This document shows, piece by piece, positions 1-9,352 of a stretch of 32,000 nt of DNA. The notes beneath the pieces were generated by a model. That model ran no database searches. It worked only from the letters and a program-made list of their open reading frames with translations, and was not told where the DNA came from. A program made the translations under genes and the position numbers. Every line of letters begins with the position of its first letter. Within the stretch, counting starts at the first letter, position 1. The stretch comes from Nitrosospira multiformis ATCC 25196 (GTDB taxonomy: Bacteria > Pseudomonadota > Gammaproteobacteria > Burkholderiales > Nitrosomonadaceae), in NCBI RefSeq assembly GCF_000196355.1, contig NC_007614.1:750001-782000 (forward strand), in the 5' to 3' direction.

Positions 1-583
1 CGGTGCGGGATGAGATCGTCAGTTGCTGTGCCAGTGATTGAGCCAGATGCCGGGGGCTTCGCTTCCCGCTCTCAACTACGATATGGGCCGTCTCCCGATA
101 TAAGGGGTCACGCTGCACAAACAGTTCAGCCAGTCGTGCGCGCGGGTCGGAAGTTTGCAGCAGCGGACGGTTCTTGTCATGCCGGGTGCGGCGCCACAGG
201 TCGTCGATGGACGCTCGCAGATATATCACCGTGCCGCCGTGCTTCAGCATTGCCCGGTTTACTCCACTCAATACGGCTCCGCCTCCCGTTGCCAGAATGA
301 TATTCCTTGCATTCATGAGTTCGGACAGTATCTCGGTTTCGCGCCTGCGAAAGCCTTCTTCTCCTTCGATCTCGAAGATCGTGGGAATACTGACACCCGT
401 TCGTTTCTGTATTTCCCGATCCGAATCGTAAAAGGTTTTTTCCAGAAAATGGGAGAGGAGCCTGCCCACCGTCGTTTTTCCGGCCCCCATCATCCCGACC
501 AGAAAGATGTTTCCGGTGGCTGCGCGATCGCCAGCCTCCCCTTTCACATCAACTGCGGGAGCAACTGCATCTGTTGAAATCAT
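1..583 (-). CDS. aroK: Shikimate kinase (3' end runs off the left edge of the window)
   Basis: Absent from the supplied track because it has no in-window stop. Manual reverse translation from the ATG at 583-581 gives MISTDAVAPAVDVKGEAGDRAATGNIFLVGMMGAGKTTVGRLLSHFLEKTFYDSDREIQKRTGVSIPTIFEIEGEEGFRRRETEILSEL...LATGGGAVL.... This shows a Walker A motif (GMMGAGKTT), DSD and GGG motifs, and overall AroK-like order. GGGAGA lies just upstream of the ATG. Confidence 0.85.
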   Translation of the reverse strand, partial: MISTDAVAPAVDVKGEAGDRAATGNIFLVGMMGAGKTTVGRLLSHFLEKTFYDSDREIQKRTGVSIPTIFEIEGEEGFRRRETEILSELMNARNIILATGGGAVLSGVNRAMLKHGGTVIYLRASIDDLWRRTRHDKNRPLLQTSDPRARLAELFVQRDPLYRETAHIVVESGKRSPRHLAQSLAQQLTISSRT

Positions 584-683
584 TGGGAGAATTGTAGCGG
601 AAATATAAGTATTGCACCTATTCCACTACCCGAGTTTTCAGTACTCCGGCCGATTCTTCACAGGAATATCAAAAGGCCGCTAC

Positions 684-974
684 TCATTTCTCCTCTATAG
701 GGGGCGCTTTGGTAAACTCATTCCTGTTCAGCCTGCCATCGCGGTCGATATCAAGACTGTGGAAAACCTGGGGAGACATTTTCTGCACCGCGGCTTCCTT
801 CATGGTTATGTACCCATCCTCGTCGGCGTCGTACAGTTCCCAGGGGGGCATGATAACCTCACGCGCATCCGGTTTCCTTCCCGGCGGGGCTTCCGCGAGA
901 ACCAGCGCCGGAAGGGCGAAAGCGACGATGATCAACGAAATGCCAAGGCTTCCTGATACGTGGCGATTTTTCAA
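684..974 (-). CDS. Small secreted EF-hand calcium-binding protein (signal peptide plus two canonical EF loops)
   Basis: 96-aa ORF with a TTG start preceded by GTGGAG 5 nt upstream. The N-terminus has a hydrophobic signal sequence (SLGISLIIVAFALPALVLAEA). There are two canonical 12-residue EF-hand loops, DADEDGYITMKE and DIDRDGRLNRNE. Confidence 0.75.
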   Translation of the reverse strand: MKNRHVSGSLGISLIIVAFALPALVLAEAPPGRKPDAREVIMPPWELYDADEDGYITMKEAAVQKMSPQVFHSLDIDRDGRLNRNEFTKAPPIEEK

Positions 975-1071
975 ATCAGCTCCACTGGTTGCGGTTGGAG
1001 TTGCGGTTGCATGTAGGGAGGGGGCGGAGGAAGAAAAAACTCCCCCCGGCCGTATGGATCGGATTCCTCAC

Positions 1072-1152
1072 CTAATTCATCAGAAAGTAAACGATGATTA
1101 AAACAAACGCGGGTACACCCAGAAGCCAGGCGATAAAATATTTTCCCATCAT
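1072..1152 (-). CDS. 26-aa hydrophobic micro-protein (single predicted TM helix), not in the ORF track
   Basis: Manual translation gives MMGKYFIAWLLGVPAFVLIIVYFLMN followed by a stop. GGGAGA sits 5 nt upstream of the first ATG. It lies directly downstream of, and co-oriented with, the yqjD/E/K-like genes. There is no homology evidence beyond its resemblance to small single-TM peptides. Confidence 0.4.
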   Translation of the reverse strand: MMGKYFIAWLLGVPAFVLIIVYFLMN

Positions 1153-1244
1153 AATTCTCCCGAGAAAATTGGAAAACCTTTCTCCATGAACAATTTTTTC
1201 CTGTGCTTTTTAAGTCTGGTGCTTTTATTACTCCTGCATTCCAG

Positions 1245-1592
1245 TTACATCCGCTGCCGGGAATTCAGCGACCTTATCACCGCCGGCAGAACCTCACGCA
1301 TCACCAGCGTTCTTGCGCTGCTGCCCAAGACCCCGGACGATAAGGCAATGCCGCTTTTTATCGCTTTGCTCAACGATCTGGAGGGTACTGCCGATAACAC
1401 GGCCAACAAACCGAGCGAGATAGAGTAGGGGTGGCGCGCTATGAACCTGAATGTCCGGCTGCGCGGAAAAACATCATCGCCCGTCACCTGCGTCTCCTCA
1501 TCCTCATGTCCATACCTGGATCGATATTCCCTGCGGGTGGCATGCATCCGCTCCAACAACGCCTTTTTTTCATATTCCAGCGAGGTGCTCAT
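1245..1592 (-). CDS. YqjK-like small membrane protein (third gene of the yqjD-yqjE-yqjK-type operon)
   Basis: 115-aa ORF. Its start overlaps the upstream gene's stop in an ATGA overlap at 1589-1592, suggesting translational coupling. It has a charged N-terminal helix (EYEKKALLERMHATRREY) followed by a hydrophobic segment (YSISLGLLAVLSAV). Position and architecture match YqjK; the sequence identity itself is not recognisable by eye. Confidence 0.55.
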   Translation of the reverse strand: MSTSLEYEKKALLERMHATRREYRSRYGHEDEETQVTGDDVFPRSRTFRFIARHPYSISLGLLAVLSAVPSRSLSKAIKSGIALSSGVLGSSARTLVMREVLPAVIRSLNSRQRM

Positions 1593-1957
1593 ACGATATC
1601 CTTCATCAGCTTGATATCCTGCTGTAGTTCATCACGCACGGTATCAAAAGCTGAAACAGAATCTGTCTGACCGGGGGTTGCGAAATAAACTACAAAGGCA
1701 GTCAAGGCATAGAAAGCGACAATCCCCCAGGCTGAGACCACGCGATAGGGGGTGTCCCAGAAAGTAACGATAACGGCAACTCCTGCGAACACAAGACTCA
1801 GGACGGAGAGAAACGTTATCACGACGTAGCCGATCAGGCGGCGCTTGAAGTTCCTTCCCTGAATCTCCACGGATATTTTTATCAGCTCAATGTATTCGCT
1901 GAGGCGTTCCAGGATGAGAACTCCAATTTCTTTCGCTTTTTTAATGGTCTCAAACAT
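1589..1957 (-). CDS. YqjE-like 'phage holin family'/DUF1469-type inner-membrane protein
   Basis: 122-aa ORF with two adjacent TM helices (LIGYVVITFLSVLSLVFAGVAVIV and VVSAWGIVAFYALTAFVVYF). It sits immediately downstream of the DUF883 gene, as in the yqjD-yqjE-yqjK arrangement. Confidence 0.65.
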   Translation of the reverse strand: MFETIKKAKEIGVLILERLSEYIELIKISVEIQGRNFKRRLIGYVVITFLSVLSLVFAGVAVIVTFWDTPYRVVSAWGIVAFYALTAFVVYFATPGQTDSVSAFDTVRDELQQDIKLMKDIV

Positions 1958-1993
1958 GGCGATTCATCTCGGGCTAAGTGGCGGACACGCAGC

Positions 1994-2407
1994 TTAGCGA
2001 CGGGCCAGCAACAGGCCGATTATCAGGCCGATCCCAGCCGCGTAGCCAACCGATTGAAGAGGGTGTTCACGTATACACTCCTTCGAGCTCTCGAGGGCAT
2101 AGTCGAATTGCTCTTGGGCGTCCTCCGCCAGGTCGTGGGCAGCCGCGCGGGTGTCAGCAATTTTTGCCATGAGTTTTTCCTTGGCTTCTTCCAGATCAAC
2201 GTCTGACAGATTGGGAATGCGGGAAATGAGATCATCCAGGTCAGCTCTCAGCTTTGCAAATTCGTCCCTTGCCACCGAGCCCACTTCCTGGCCTGCCGAT
2301 TTCGCTGCCCGACCTACACGCCGGGCCGCATCGCCCGCATGCTGAGTCATATTTTCCGCAGCTTCCTGAGTATCGCTCACCGCATTCTTTGAGTTATCCT
2401 GTGCCAT
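1994..2407 (-). CDS. ElaB/YqjD/DUF883-family membrane-anchored (ribosome-associated) stress protein
   Basis: 137-aa ORF with AAGGAG upstream. It has a long charged helical N-terminal region and the family-typical C-terminus ...REHPLQSVGYAAGIGLIIGLLLARR (a C-terminal TM anchor ending in RR). Confidence 0.85.
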   Translation of the reverse strand: MAQDNSKNAVSDTQEAAENMTQHAGDAARRVGRAAKSAGQEVGSVARDEFAKLRADLDDLISRIPNLSDVDLEEAKEKLMAKIADTRAAAHDLAEDAQEQFDYALESSKECIREHPLQSVGYAAGIGLIIGLLLARR

Positions 2408-2640
2408 GTTTTTCTCCTTTTACTTTTAATGGTTTCGTTGAAAGATAGGCGGTACTTGTTTAGTACGCGTCAGGTGCCAGTTTCCGGCAGTTGCGACTGC
2501 CGGTCTGTTCGTTGACACACATAGCACATCCGTAGCTTCCAATCCGCAGATTCCTCCGGTTCCCCTTTGCCAGTAGTGGGACACTCCTTTTCCCTGAATA
2601 GTGGACCGCTGGATCCGTGCCTGGCGTTGCGCAAGTTCAA

Positions 2641-2670
2641 TTGAGTGAATCAATTCAGGAATGGTATAAT
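2641..2670 (+). promoter_or_regulatory. Candidate sigma70 promoter with extended -10, about 255 nt upstream of rpsB
   Basis: TTGAGT (2641-2646), an 18-nt spacer ending in TGG, then TATAAT (2665-2670), giving a TGnTATAAT extended -10. It is oriented toward rpsB. E. coli rpsB-tsf is known to use an extended -10 promoter and a long leader. Confidence 0.45.
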
Positions 2671-2717
2671 CTATAGTTAACTCGGCCCCGCCCAGTTTTG
2701 CAGAGTCAGGTTTGTTT

Positions 2718-2746
2718 GCAGGATTGCGTCCTGCTGCCATTTTTCC
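2718..2746 (+). terminator. Terminator/attenuator-like hairpin inside the putative rpsB leader
   Basis: GCAGGA-ttgcg-TCCTGC (6-bp stem, 2718-2734) followed by tgccaTTTTTcc. The T-run is offset by 5 nt, so this is at best a weak or conditional terminator. Confidence 0.3.
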
Positions 2747-2927
2747 GCTGGTACTGCTTCGCGGCGCTACAGTTGCTGCGGTAGCGTTCACTACTGCATC
2801 CGGATGGGACGGTCAAGTTAAACTAAACGTCGTTCAAATTCACACATCTGCCTGTTTCGAAAAGGGTGCTCTGCATTGAAGCGGAGCGACTATGGCGATG
2901 GAGGTTCAACCCTTAAAGGAGGAATTC

Positions 2928-3674
2928 ATGTCAGTAACAATGCGGCAAATGCTGGAGGCGGGCGTCCATTTCGGGCATCAGACCCGCTTCTGGAGTCCCA
3001 AGATGGCGCCCTATATTTTTGGCCATCGCAACAAGATACACATCATCAATCTGGAAAAAACGCTGGTGATGTATCAGGAAGCGATGAATTACGTGCGTCA
3101 GTTGGCGGCCAACAAGGGCACGATTTTATTTGTCGGGACCAAGCGCCAGGCACGGGACATCGTGCGCGAGGAAGCGATGCGCTGCGGGTCGCCCTTCGTC
3201 GACCAGCGCTGGCTCGGCGGAATGCTCACCAACTTCAAGACGATCAAGCAATCCGTTAAAAGACTCCATGATATGGAAACGATGATGGAGGATGGAACAC
3301 TCGACAAGCTTTCCAAGAAAGAAGCATTGGATCTGCAGCGCGAACTGGAAAAACTCAATCGCAGTCTGGGAGGCATCAAGGACATGAAGAATCTGCCGGA
3401 TGCCATGTTCGTCATTGATGTCGGCTATCAGAAAGGGGCAATAACCGAGGCCAGGAAGCTTGGTATTCCTATTGTCGGTATTGTGGACAGTAACCATAGT
3501 CCGGCCGGGGTGGATTATGTCATTCCTGGCAACGATGATTCTAGTCAGGCAATTCGCCTTTATGCCCGCGGTGTCGCGGACGCCATTCTGGAAGGCCGGA
3601 ATCAGGCTATCCAGGAAATTGTACAAGGCGATTTCGAGGAAGCGGATGAGGCAGTGGCCGGCGAACAGGGATAA
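2928..3674 (+). CDS. rpsB: 30S ribosomal protein S2
   Basis: Translation [45 protein letters not shown]... is unmistakably S2. The ATG at 2928 is preceded by AAGGAGG. The track's earlier ATG at 2892 adds 12 non-conserved residues and lacks an SD. Confidence 0.97.
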
Positions 3675-3753
3675 ATTTCGTCGGAGTGGGCACGTGAATC
3701 TGTGCCGGGGCGCATATCCAGCGCTTCTTTTTTGAAAATTATCTGGAGCGAAT

Positions 3754-4662
3754 ATGGCGGAAATCACCGCACAAATGGTGAAGGAATTGCGCGAGATAAC
3801 GGGTCTCGGCATGATGGAGTGTAAGAAGGCCTTAACTGAAGCCAGCGGAGACATGAAAGCCGCGGAAGACCTTCTGCGGATCAAGAGTGGCGCCAAAGCG
3901 AGCAAGGCAGCCGGACGGACTGCAGCGGAAGGGATAGTGGCGGCCCATATCGCGCGTGACGGCAAGAGCGGCGCGCTGGTGGAAGTCAACTGCGAAACCG
4001 ATTTTGTCGCAAGGAACGAAGACTTCATCGGCTTTGCGCATAGCCTTGCAGAATTGCTGACAACGGAAAGCATAGGGGACAACGAAGCGCTCGCAAATGC
4101 CAGGCTGTCAAACGGCGAAAGCGTGGAGGAGTTCCGGAAAGCGTTGGTAATGAAGCTGGGTGAAAATATCAGCATACGCCGTTTTGCGCGCCATCAGGTA
4201 GCCGGTGCGCAGGATCGTCTGGCCTCCTATCTGCACGGTGCAAAAATAGGCGTCATGGTCGATTATACGGGTGGCGATCCGGCCTTGGGCAAGGACCTCG
4301 CAATGCATATCGCCGCCAGCAAGCCGGTGTGCGTATCAAGCGAGCAGGTTTCTCCGGAGCTGCTGGAGCGTGAACGCCAGATATATACCGCCCAGGCAGC
4401 GGAGAGCGGAAAGCCAGCCGATATCGTTGCGCGCATGGTCGATGGGCGTATTGCCAAATATCTCGCCGAGATAACGCTTCTGGGGCAACCGTTTGTCAAA
4501 AATCCGGATCAGACGGTGAAACAGCTGCTCGCGGAAAAATCTGCTCAGGTCAACGGTTTTACCTTGTATATCGTTGGGGAAGGGATAGAAAAGAAATCTG
4601 GCGACTTTGCTGCCGAAGTCATGGCGCAGGTGGGTCAGGCCAAACAGGAAAAAGCGTCTTAG
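3754..4662 (+). CDS. tsf: Elongation factor Ts
   Basis: [42 protein letters not shown]... is the canonical EF-Ts N-terminal UBA-like domain. GGAG lies upstream and the gene directly follows rpsB. Confidence 0.97.
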   Translation: MAEITAQMVKELREITGLGMMECKKALTEASGDMKAAEDLLRIKSGAKASKAAGRTAAEGIVAAHIARDGKSGALVEVNCETDFVARNEDFIGFAHSLAELLTTESIGDNEALANARLSNGESVEEFRKALVMKLGENISIRRFARHQVAGAQDRLASYLHGAKIGVMVDYTGGDPALGKDLAMHIAASKPVCVSSEQVSPELLERERQIYTAQAAESGKPADIVARMVDGRIAKYLAEITLLGQPFVKNPDQTVKQLLAEKSAQVNGFTLYIVGEGIEKKSGDFAAEVMAQVGQAKQEKAS

Positions 4663-4676
4663 CCGCCGGATTGCTC

Positions 4677-5393
4677 ATGACCATACCCGCTTATAAACGC
4701 ATCCTGCTGAAGCTCTCGGGCGAAGCTCTCATGGGTGACGATAGTTATGGCATCAACCGGGATGTAATCGAACGAATCGTGGCCGAGATAGCCGAAGTGA
4801 ATCAGCTGGGTGTCGAGGTTGCGGTAGTGATAGGAGGGGGCAACATTTTCCGGGGAATGACCTCCTCCGCGGAAGGCATGGACCGGGCCACCGCGGACTA
4901 TATGGGGATGCTGGCCACCGTCATGAATGCGCTGGCGTTACAGGATGCGATGCGGCGTGCCGGTCTGGTGAGCAGGGTGCAATCCGCCCTCCGCATCGAT
5001 CAGGTGGTGGAACCGTATATTCGGGGCAAGGCCATACGCTATCTGGAGGAGGGCAAAATAGTCATTTTTGCCGCCGGCACGGGTAATCCATTTTTTACGA
5101 CCGATACAGCGGCGGCTCTGCGGGGAATGGAGATGAACGTGGATATCGTGCTCAAGGCCACCAAGGTCGATGGGGTATATACCACCGATCCCAAAATAAA
5201 TCCGGATGCAGAACGCTACCAGAGACTGTCGTTTGATACTGCCATTGCCGAGAATCTCAAGGTGATGGATGCCACCGCGCTGACTTTGTGCCGCGACCAG
5301 AAGCTTCCGCTCAAAGTCTTCAGTATCTTCAAGGCGGAGGCGTTGAGACGGGTAGTCATGGGCGAGGAAGAGGGCACGTTGGTGGAGGTCTGA
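4677..5393 (+). CDS. pyrH: UMP kinase
   Basis: ...[55 protein letters not shown]... is a UMP kinase signature. The start is either the ATG at 4677 or the TTG at 4671 used by the track; this remains ambiguous. Confidence 0.96.
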   Translation: MTIPAYKRILLKLSGEALMGDDSYGINRDVIERIVAEIAEVNQLGVEVAVVIGGGNIFRGMTSSAEGMDRATADYMGMLATVMNALALQDAMRRAGLVSRVQSALRIDQVVEPYIRGKAIRYLEEGKIVIFAAGTGNPFFTTDTAAALRGMEMNVDIVLKATKVDGVYTTDPKINPDAERYQRLSFDTAIAENLKVMDATALTLCRDQKLPLKVFSIFKAEALRRVVMGEEEGTLVEV

Positions 5394-5530
5394 GGGCTTT
5401 CTGGCTACCTTGGCCATATGGCCGCATTATAGTAGGGGCCATAGCTTGGAATTGCCGTCATCGTGCCGCGGCATGGACGCCAAACAGTGACGTCCCGGGT
5501 TATATATCATTTACGTCATTTCTAACTATC

Positions 5531-6088
5531 ATGATTGCCGAGATAAAAAAATCCGCCGAGCAGAAAATGCAGAAAAGCCTGGAAGCATTGAAACTGGACC
5601 TGGGCAAGATACGAACCGGACGCGCCCATACAGGTCTGCTGGATCACGTTACTGTGGATTATTACGGGAACCCCACCGCAATCAACCAGGTGGCAAACAT
5701 CAGCCTTGCGGATGCCCGCACCATTACCGTAGCGCCATGGGAAAAGAAGATGCTGGGGGCGATAGAAAAAGCTATCCGCAATTCAGACCTGGGTTTGAAT
5801 CCCACGACCGTAGGCGAATTGATCCGCGTACCCATGCCGCCGCTTACCGAGGAACGGAGGCGCGATCTCACCAAGGTGGTAAAGCATGAGGGGGAAGCGG
5901 CGCGCGTGGCGATGCGAAACATTCGCCGGGACGCAAATGCGCACCTGAAGGACTTGCTCAAGGAAAAAAAGATTGCCGAAGATGAAGAACGCAAGGGGCA
6001 GGAGGATATCCAGAAACTTACCGATCGCTATATTGCGGATATAGACAAGCTCCTTCAGGCCAAAGAAGCCGAACTGATGGCCGTATAA
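5531..6088 (+). CDS. frr: Ribosome recycling factor
   Basis: [72 protein letters not shown]... gives the typical 185-aa RRF. The track's ORF from 5288 merely extends the open frame upstream through non-homologous sequence. Confidence 0.97.
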   Translation: MIAEIKKSAEQKMQKSLEALKLDLGKIRTGRAHTGLLDHVTVDYYGNPTAINQVANISLADARTITVAPWEKKMLGAIEKAIRNSDLGLNPTTVGELIRVPMPPLTEERRRDLTKVVKHEGEAARVAMRNIRRDANAHLKDLLKEKKIAEDEERKGQEDIQKLTDRYIADIDKLLQAKEAELMAV

Positions 6089-6201
6089 TGGAGTAATATT
6101 GCGGGAAGTGACAGTACATGTCTCCGCTTGGCTGTTCTGGAAAGCCGGACCTGAAATAAAAATACCCTTGATTTCAATTTTGAATCTCAACCGTATTCTC
6201 C

Positions 6202-6999
6202 ATGCCAACCATCGTCAGTTCGACCCGGGAAATACCTGAAACTGGAGAAATTCCCCAGCACGTCGCCATTATCATGGACGGCAATGGACGCTGGGCAAAA
6301 AACCGGTTCATGCCGCGCATGGCAGGCCACAAGCGTGGAGTGGAGACAGTACGTTCCGCAATCCGGGCCTGCATGGAGCGAGGTGTCAAATATCTGACGT
6401 TATTTGCCTTCAGCAGCGAAAACTGGCGCAGGCCACCTGAAGAAGTCGCATTCCTGATGCAGTTGTTCATAAGCGTGCTGGAGCAGGAGGTATCCAAGCT
6501 GCATGAGAACGGTATCCGCTTCAAGGTAATCGGAGATCTATCGAAATTCGAACCGAAGATAGTCGAGTTCATACGCAACGGCGAAGCGCTCACGGCCGCC
6601 AATGAACGGTTTACGCTTACTATCGCGGCCAATTACGGCGGACGGTGGGATATCATGCAAGCTGTTCGAAAAATGCTTGCCGAATGCCCCCACCTGGCGA
6701 CGACTTTCGATGAAAAAGACCTGATGCAGTATTTTGCCCTCAACCATGCACCGGAACCCGATCTATTCATTCGTACGGGAGGCGAGAAGCGCATCAGCAA
6801 TTTCCTTCTCTGGCAACTGGCATACACCGAACTCTATTTTACCGACACGTTATGGCCGGATTTTGATGCGCGCGCTCTGGATCTCGCTATCCAGTCCTAT
6901 CAGCAACGCGAACGCCGATTTGGACGAACCAGCGAGCAGCTTCAGGCAGCGTCATCCTTGCGTGGGGGCAGAGAAGTCGCCGTGAAAGCGACGGCATAG
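6202..6999 (+). CDS. uppS: Undecaprenyl-diphosphate synthase (cis-prenyltransferase)
   Basis: [32 protein letters not shown]...[19 protein letters not shown]...[31 protein letters not shown]...RERRFG are the UppS signatures. Confidence 0.95.
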   Translation: MPTIVSSTREIPETGEIPQHVAIIMDGNGRWAKNRFMPRMAGHKRGVETVRSAIRACMERGVKYLTLFAFSSENWRRPPEEVAFLMQLFISVLEQEVSKLHENGIRFKVIGDLSKFEPKIVEFIRNGEALTAANERFTLTIAANYGGRWDIMQAVRKMLAECPHLATTFDEKDLMQYFALNHAPEPDLFIRTGGEKRISNFLLWQLAYTELYFTDTLWPDFDARALDLAIQSYQQRERRFGRTSEQLQAASSLRGGREVAVKATA

Positions 7000-7043
7000 C
7001 TTCAACCCGTTCCGATCCGTGCTTTTTACTGATCGTCTCAACT

Positions 7044-7856
7044 ATGCTCCGGGCACGGATTCTTACCGCCGTCATTATGCTATCCGTCTTTCTGGCGGCG
7101 TTATTCCATCTGTCTTCCATCTTCTGGATGGCGCTACTGCTAGCGCTGACAACCGCCGGTTCGCTGGAGTGGACCCGGCTTGCCAGGTTCTCTCTCAACC
7201 ATACCATCGCTTATCTTTTATTGACGGTACTGCTGGCAAGCGAGCTTCTGTATGGATTGAGCGAGGCAATTGCCGTTGATCCCTATACGCCCTCATTCCT
7301 GGGGGTTTACGTTGCATCGCTGATATTCTGGATCTTCGGCGCGACGATTTTCCTGAAATCGAAGCGTCCTGTCGGGAATGTCGTCCTGCTGGCGTTTATC
7401 GGCTGGCTGGTGCTGTTGCCGACCTGTCTTGCGTTATATCAGCTGCGCGCAATCGATCCGCTCCTCCTGCTCGGTTTCATGGGCACCATTTGGCTATCCG
7501 ATACAGCGGCGTATTTTTCGGGACGGACCTGGGGAAAAAACAAACTTGCGCCGAGCATCAGTCCCGGCAAAACCTGGGAGGGTGTGGCTGGAGCCCTTGT
7601 TGTGGTACTGGTTTATGCGCTTATCTGGAGCTACAGCGAGGAGGACATTCCTGCCACGTTATTGATCCCGCTGCTGCTGCTTCTTGCCGCGCTGGGAATC
7701 CTGGGCGATTTATTTGAATCGCTGATGAAGCGTCACGCCGGACTCAAGGACAGCGGCACTATTTTGCCGGGCCACGGTGGTATACTTGACAGGATCGATG
7801 CGCTGACTTCAACCCTGCCCATTGCGGCTCTGGCACTTCTCCTGCTACATACCTGA
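7044..7856 (+). CDS. cdsA: Phosphatidate cytidylyltransferase (CDP-diglyceride synthase)
   Basis: A polytopic membrane protein with the C-terminal CTP-transferase signature [29 protein letters not shown]...[34 protein letters not shown], in the conserved position between uppS and dxr. Confidence 0.92.
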   Translation: MLRARILTAVIMLSVFLAALFHLSSIFWMALLLALTTAGSLEWTRLARFSLNHTIAYLLLTVLLASELLYGLSEAIAVDPYTPSFLGVYVASLIFWIFGATIFLKSKRPVGNVVLLAFIGWLVLLPTCLALYQLRAIDPLLLLGFMGTIWLSDTAAYFSGRTWGKNKLAPSISPGKTWEGVAGALVVVLVYALIWSYSEEDIPATLLIPLLLLLAALGILGDLFESLMKRHAGLKDSGTILPGHGGILDRIDALTSTLPIAALALLLLHT

Positions 7857-7858
7857 TC

Positions 7859-9046
7859 ATGATCGCTGTTCGTCATCTCACTATTCTGGGTTCCACAGGA
7901 AGCATCGGCGTAAGCACGCTCGATGTAGTGGCGCGTCACCCCGACCGCTTTCGCGTGGTAGCCCTTACCGCGAACAAGAGCGTGCAGAAAATTCTGGAAC
8001 AATGCCGGCGTTTTGAGCCGCGCTATGCGGTGCTGCTGGATGAGGCCAGCGCCGAACTACTGCAGGTGGAAATTCGCCGGGCTGGCCTTGCCACTGAAGT
8101 GCTGTGGGGGGTGGATTCGCTGGAAAAGGTCGCTTCGCTGCCGGACGTGGATACAGTGATGGCAGCGATCGTGGGGGCGGCGGGGATACGTCCGACATTT
8201 GCAGCGGCTGCGACCGGCAAGCGGGTATTGCTTGCCAACAAGGAAACAATGGTGATGGCGGGACGCATATTCACGGACGTGGTCAAGGAAAATCATGCCA
8301 CGCTGCTCCCGATCGATAGTGAACACAATGCCATTTTCCAATCCCTGCCGCAGCACTTCAGTGGGGATCTGCGCGCGGTGGGCGTGCGTCGCATTCTGCT
8401 GACCGCATCAGGCGGGCCCTTTCGGCAGATGCCCTTGGCCGCACTGGAAAATGTAACCCCCGGGCAGGCATGTGCTCATCCCAACTGGGTAATGGGGCAG
8501 AAAATTTCGGTGGATTCCGCTACCATGATGAACAAGGGACTCGAAGTCATCGAAGCGCACTGGTTGTTCGAAGCCTCGCCCGAGCAAATAGAGGTCGTCG
8601 TTCACCCGCAGAGCATCATTCATTCCATGGTCGAGTATGTGGATGGCTCGGTATTGGCACAACTGGGTAATCCTGATATGCGTACTCCCATTGCCCATGC
8701 ACTCGGCTTCCCTGAACGGATCGAGACCGGAGTCAACCCCCTGGATATGTTCAAGGTTGCCCGGCTCGATTTCGAGGCCCCCGATTTTGAACGCTTTCCC
8801 TGTCTACGGCTGGCATATCAGGCGCTGGCAAGCGGCGGGAGTGCCCCCGCTGTGCTGAATGCCGCCAATGAAGTGGCGGTGGATTCCTTTCTCAAATGTC
8901 TAATGCCCTTCACGTCCATTCCCGCCATGATCGAGGATGTCATGCAGACAATTGGCCGCCGGGACATCGCGACTCTGGATGATGTGCTGGCAGCGGACGG
9001 CATGGCGCGCGAAGCGGCCCAAGAATGGCTGACGTGTCTGGCGTAA
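7859..9046 (+). CDS. dxr: 1-deoxy-D-xylulose 5-phosphate reductoisomerase
   Basis: [18 protein letters not shown] (NADPH-binding GSTGSIG), [31 protein letters not shown] and [31 protein letters not shown] are canonical Dxr motifs. Confidence 0.97.
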   Translation: MIAVRHLTILGSTGSIGVSTLDVVARHPDRFRVVALTANKSVQKILEQCRRFEPRYAVLLDEASAELLQVEIRRAGLATEVLWGVDSLEKVASLPDVDTVMAAIVGAAGIRPTFAAAATGKRVLLANKETMVMAGRIFTDVVKENHATLLPIDSEHNAIFQSLPQHFSGDLRAVGVRRILLTASGGPFRQMPLAALENVTPGQACAHPNWVMGQKISVDSATMMNKGLEVIEAHWLFEASPEQIEVVVHPQSIIHSMVEYVDGSVLAQLGNPDMRTPIAHALGFPERIETGVNPLDMFKVARLDFEAPDFERFPCLRLAYQALASGGSAPAVLNAANEVAVDSFLKCLMPFTSIPAMIEDVMQTIGRRDIATLDDVLAADGMAREAAQEWLTCLA

Positions 9047-9352
9047 AGTGTCGCAATCATTGGCCTTTCCGGCAGGTCGGACAACGGTTTATCCACCCCT
9101 TCTGAAGAAAGCTTCTCATTCATCCCGGGGAGCTGGCCAGTCGGCTGATTCCGGTCGCGCTTATACGCGCATTATGGCAGATATGAGCCTGCGGAGCGTC
9201 GGGTCCATTTGGGCGGGCAACTCTACCGGTTTCATCGTTTGCGTAAGTCCCATCAGTTCCAATTGCGGCTTCCATTTCATCCATGCGAAGATGGAAGACT
9301 TCTTTTACTTCCCCGTATCAGAGAGTCTGCCGGAACGCAGACCTGTAGAAGC

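Noticed and set aside
2426-2791. 121-aa minus-strand ORF between the DUF883 gene and rpsB
   Set aside because: It has no recognisable motif or domain, and its codon endings look unlike neighbouring genes (many A-ending codons). A well-formed plus-strand promoter and several leader hairpins lie inside it. It is kept as an open question in the rpsB-leader finding rather than called as a gene.
3126-4175. 349-aa ORF antisense to rpsB/tsf
   Set aside because: It lies entirely opposite two unmistakable, highly conserved genes, and its low-complexity Ser/Ala/Arg-rich translation has no motifs. This is a typical shadow ORF.
5394-5530. Palindrome GGCCATATGGCC (5411-5422) and inverted repeat TGACGT-N19-ACGTCA (5488-5518) in the pyrH-frr spacer
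   Set aside because: These are short (6-bp arms) and at chance level for a 137-nt spacer. The second brackets a TATATA that may be the frr promoter, but there is nothing to tie them to a known regulator. Not reported as features.
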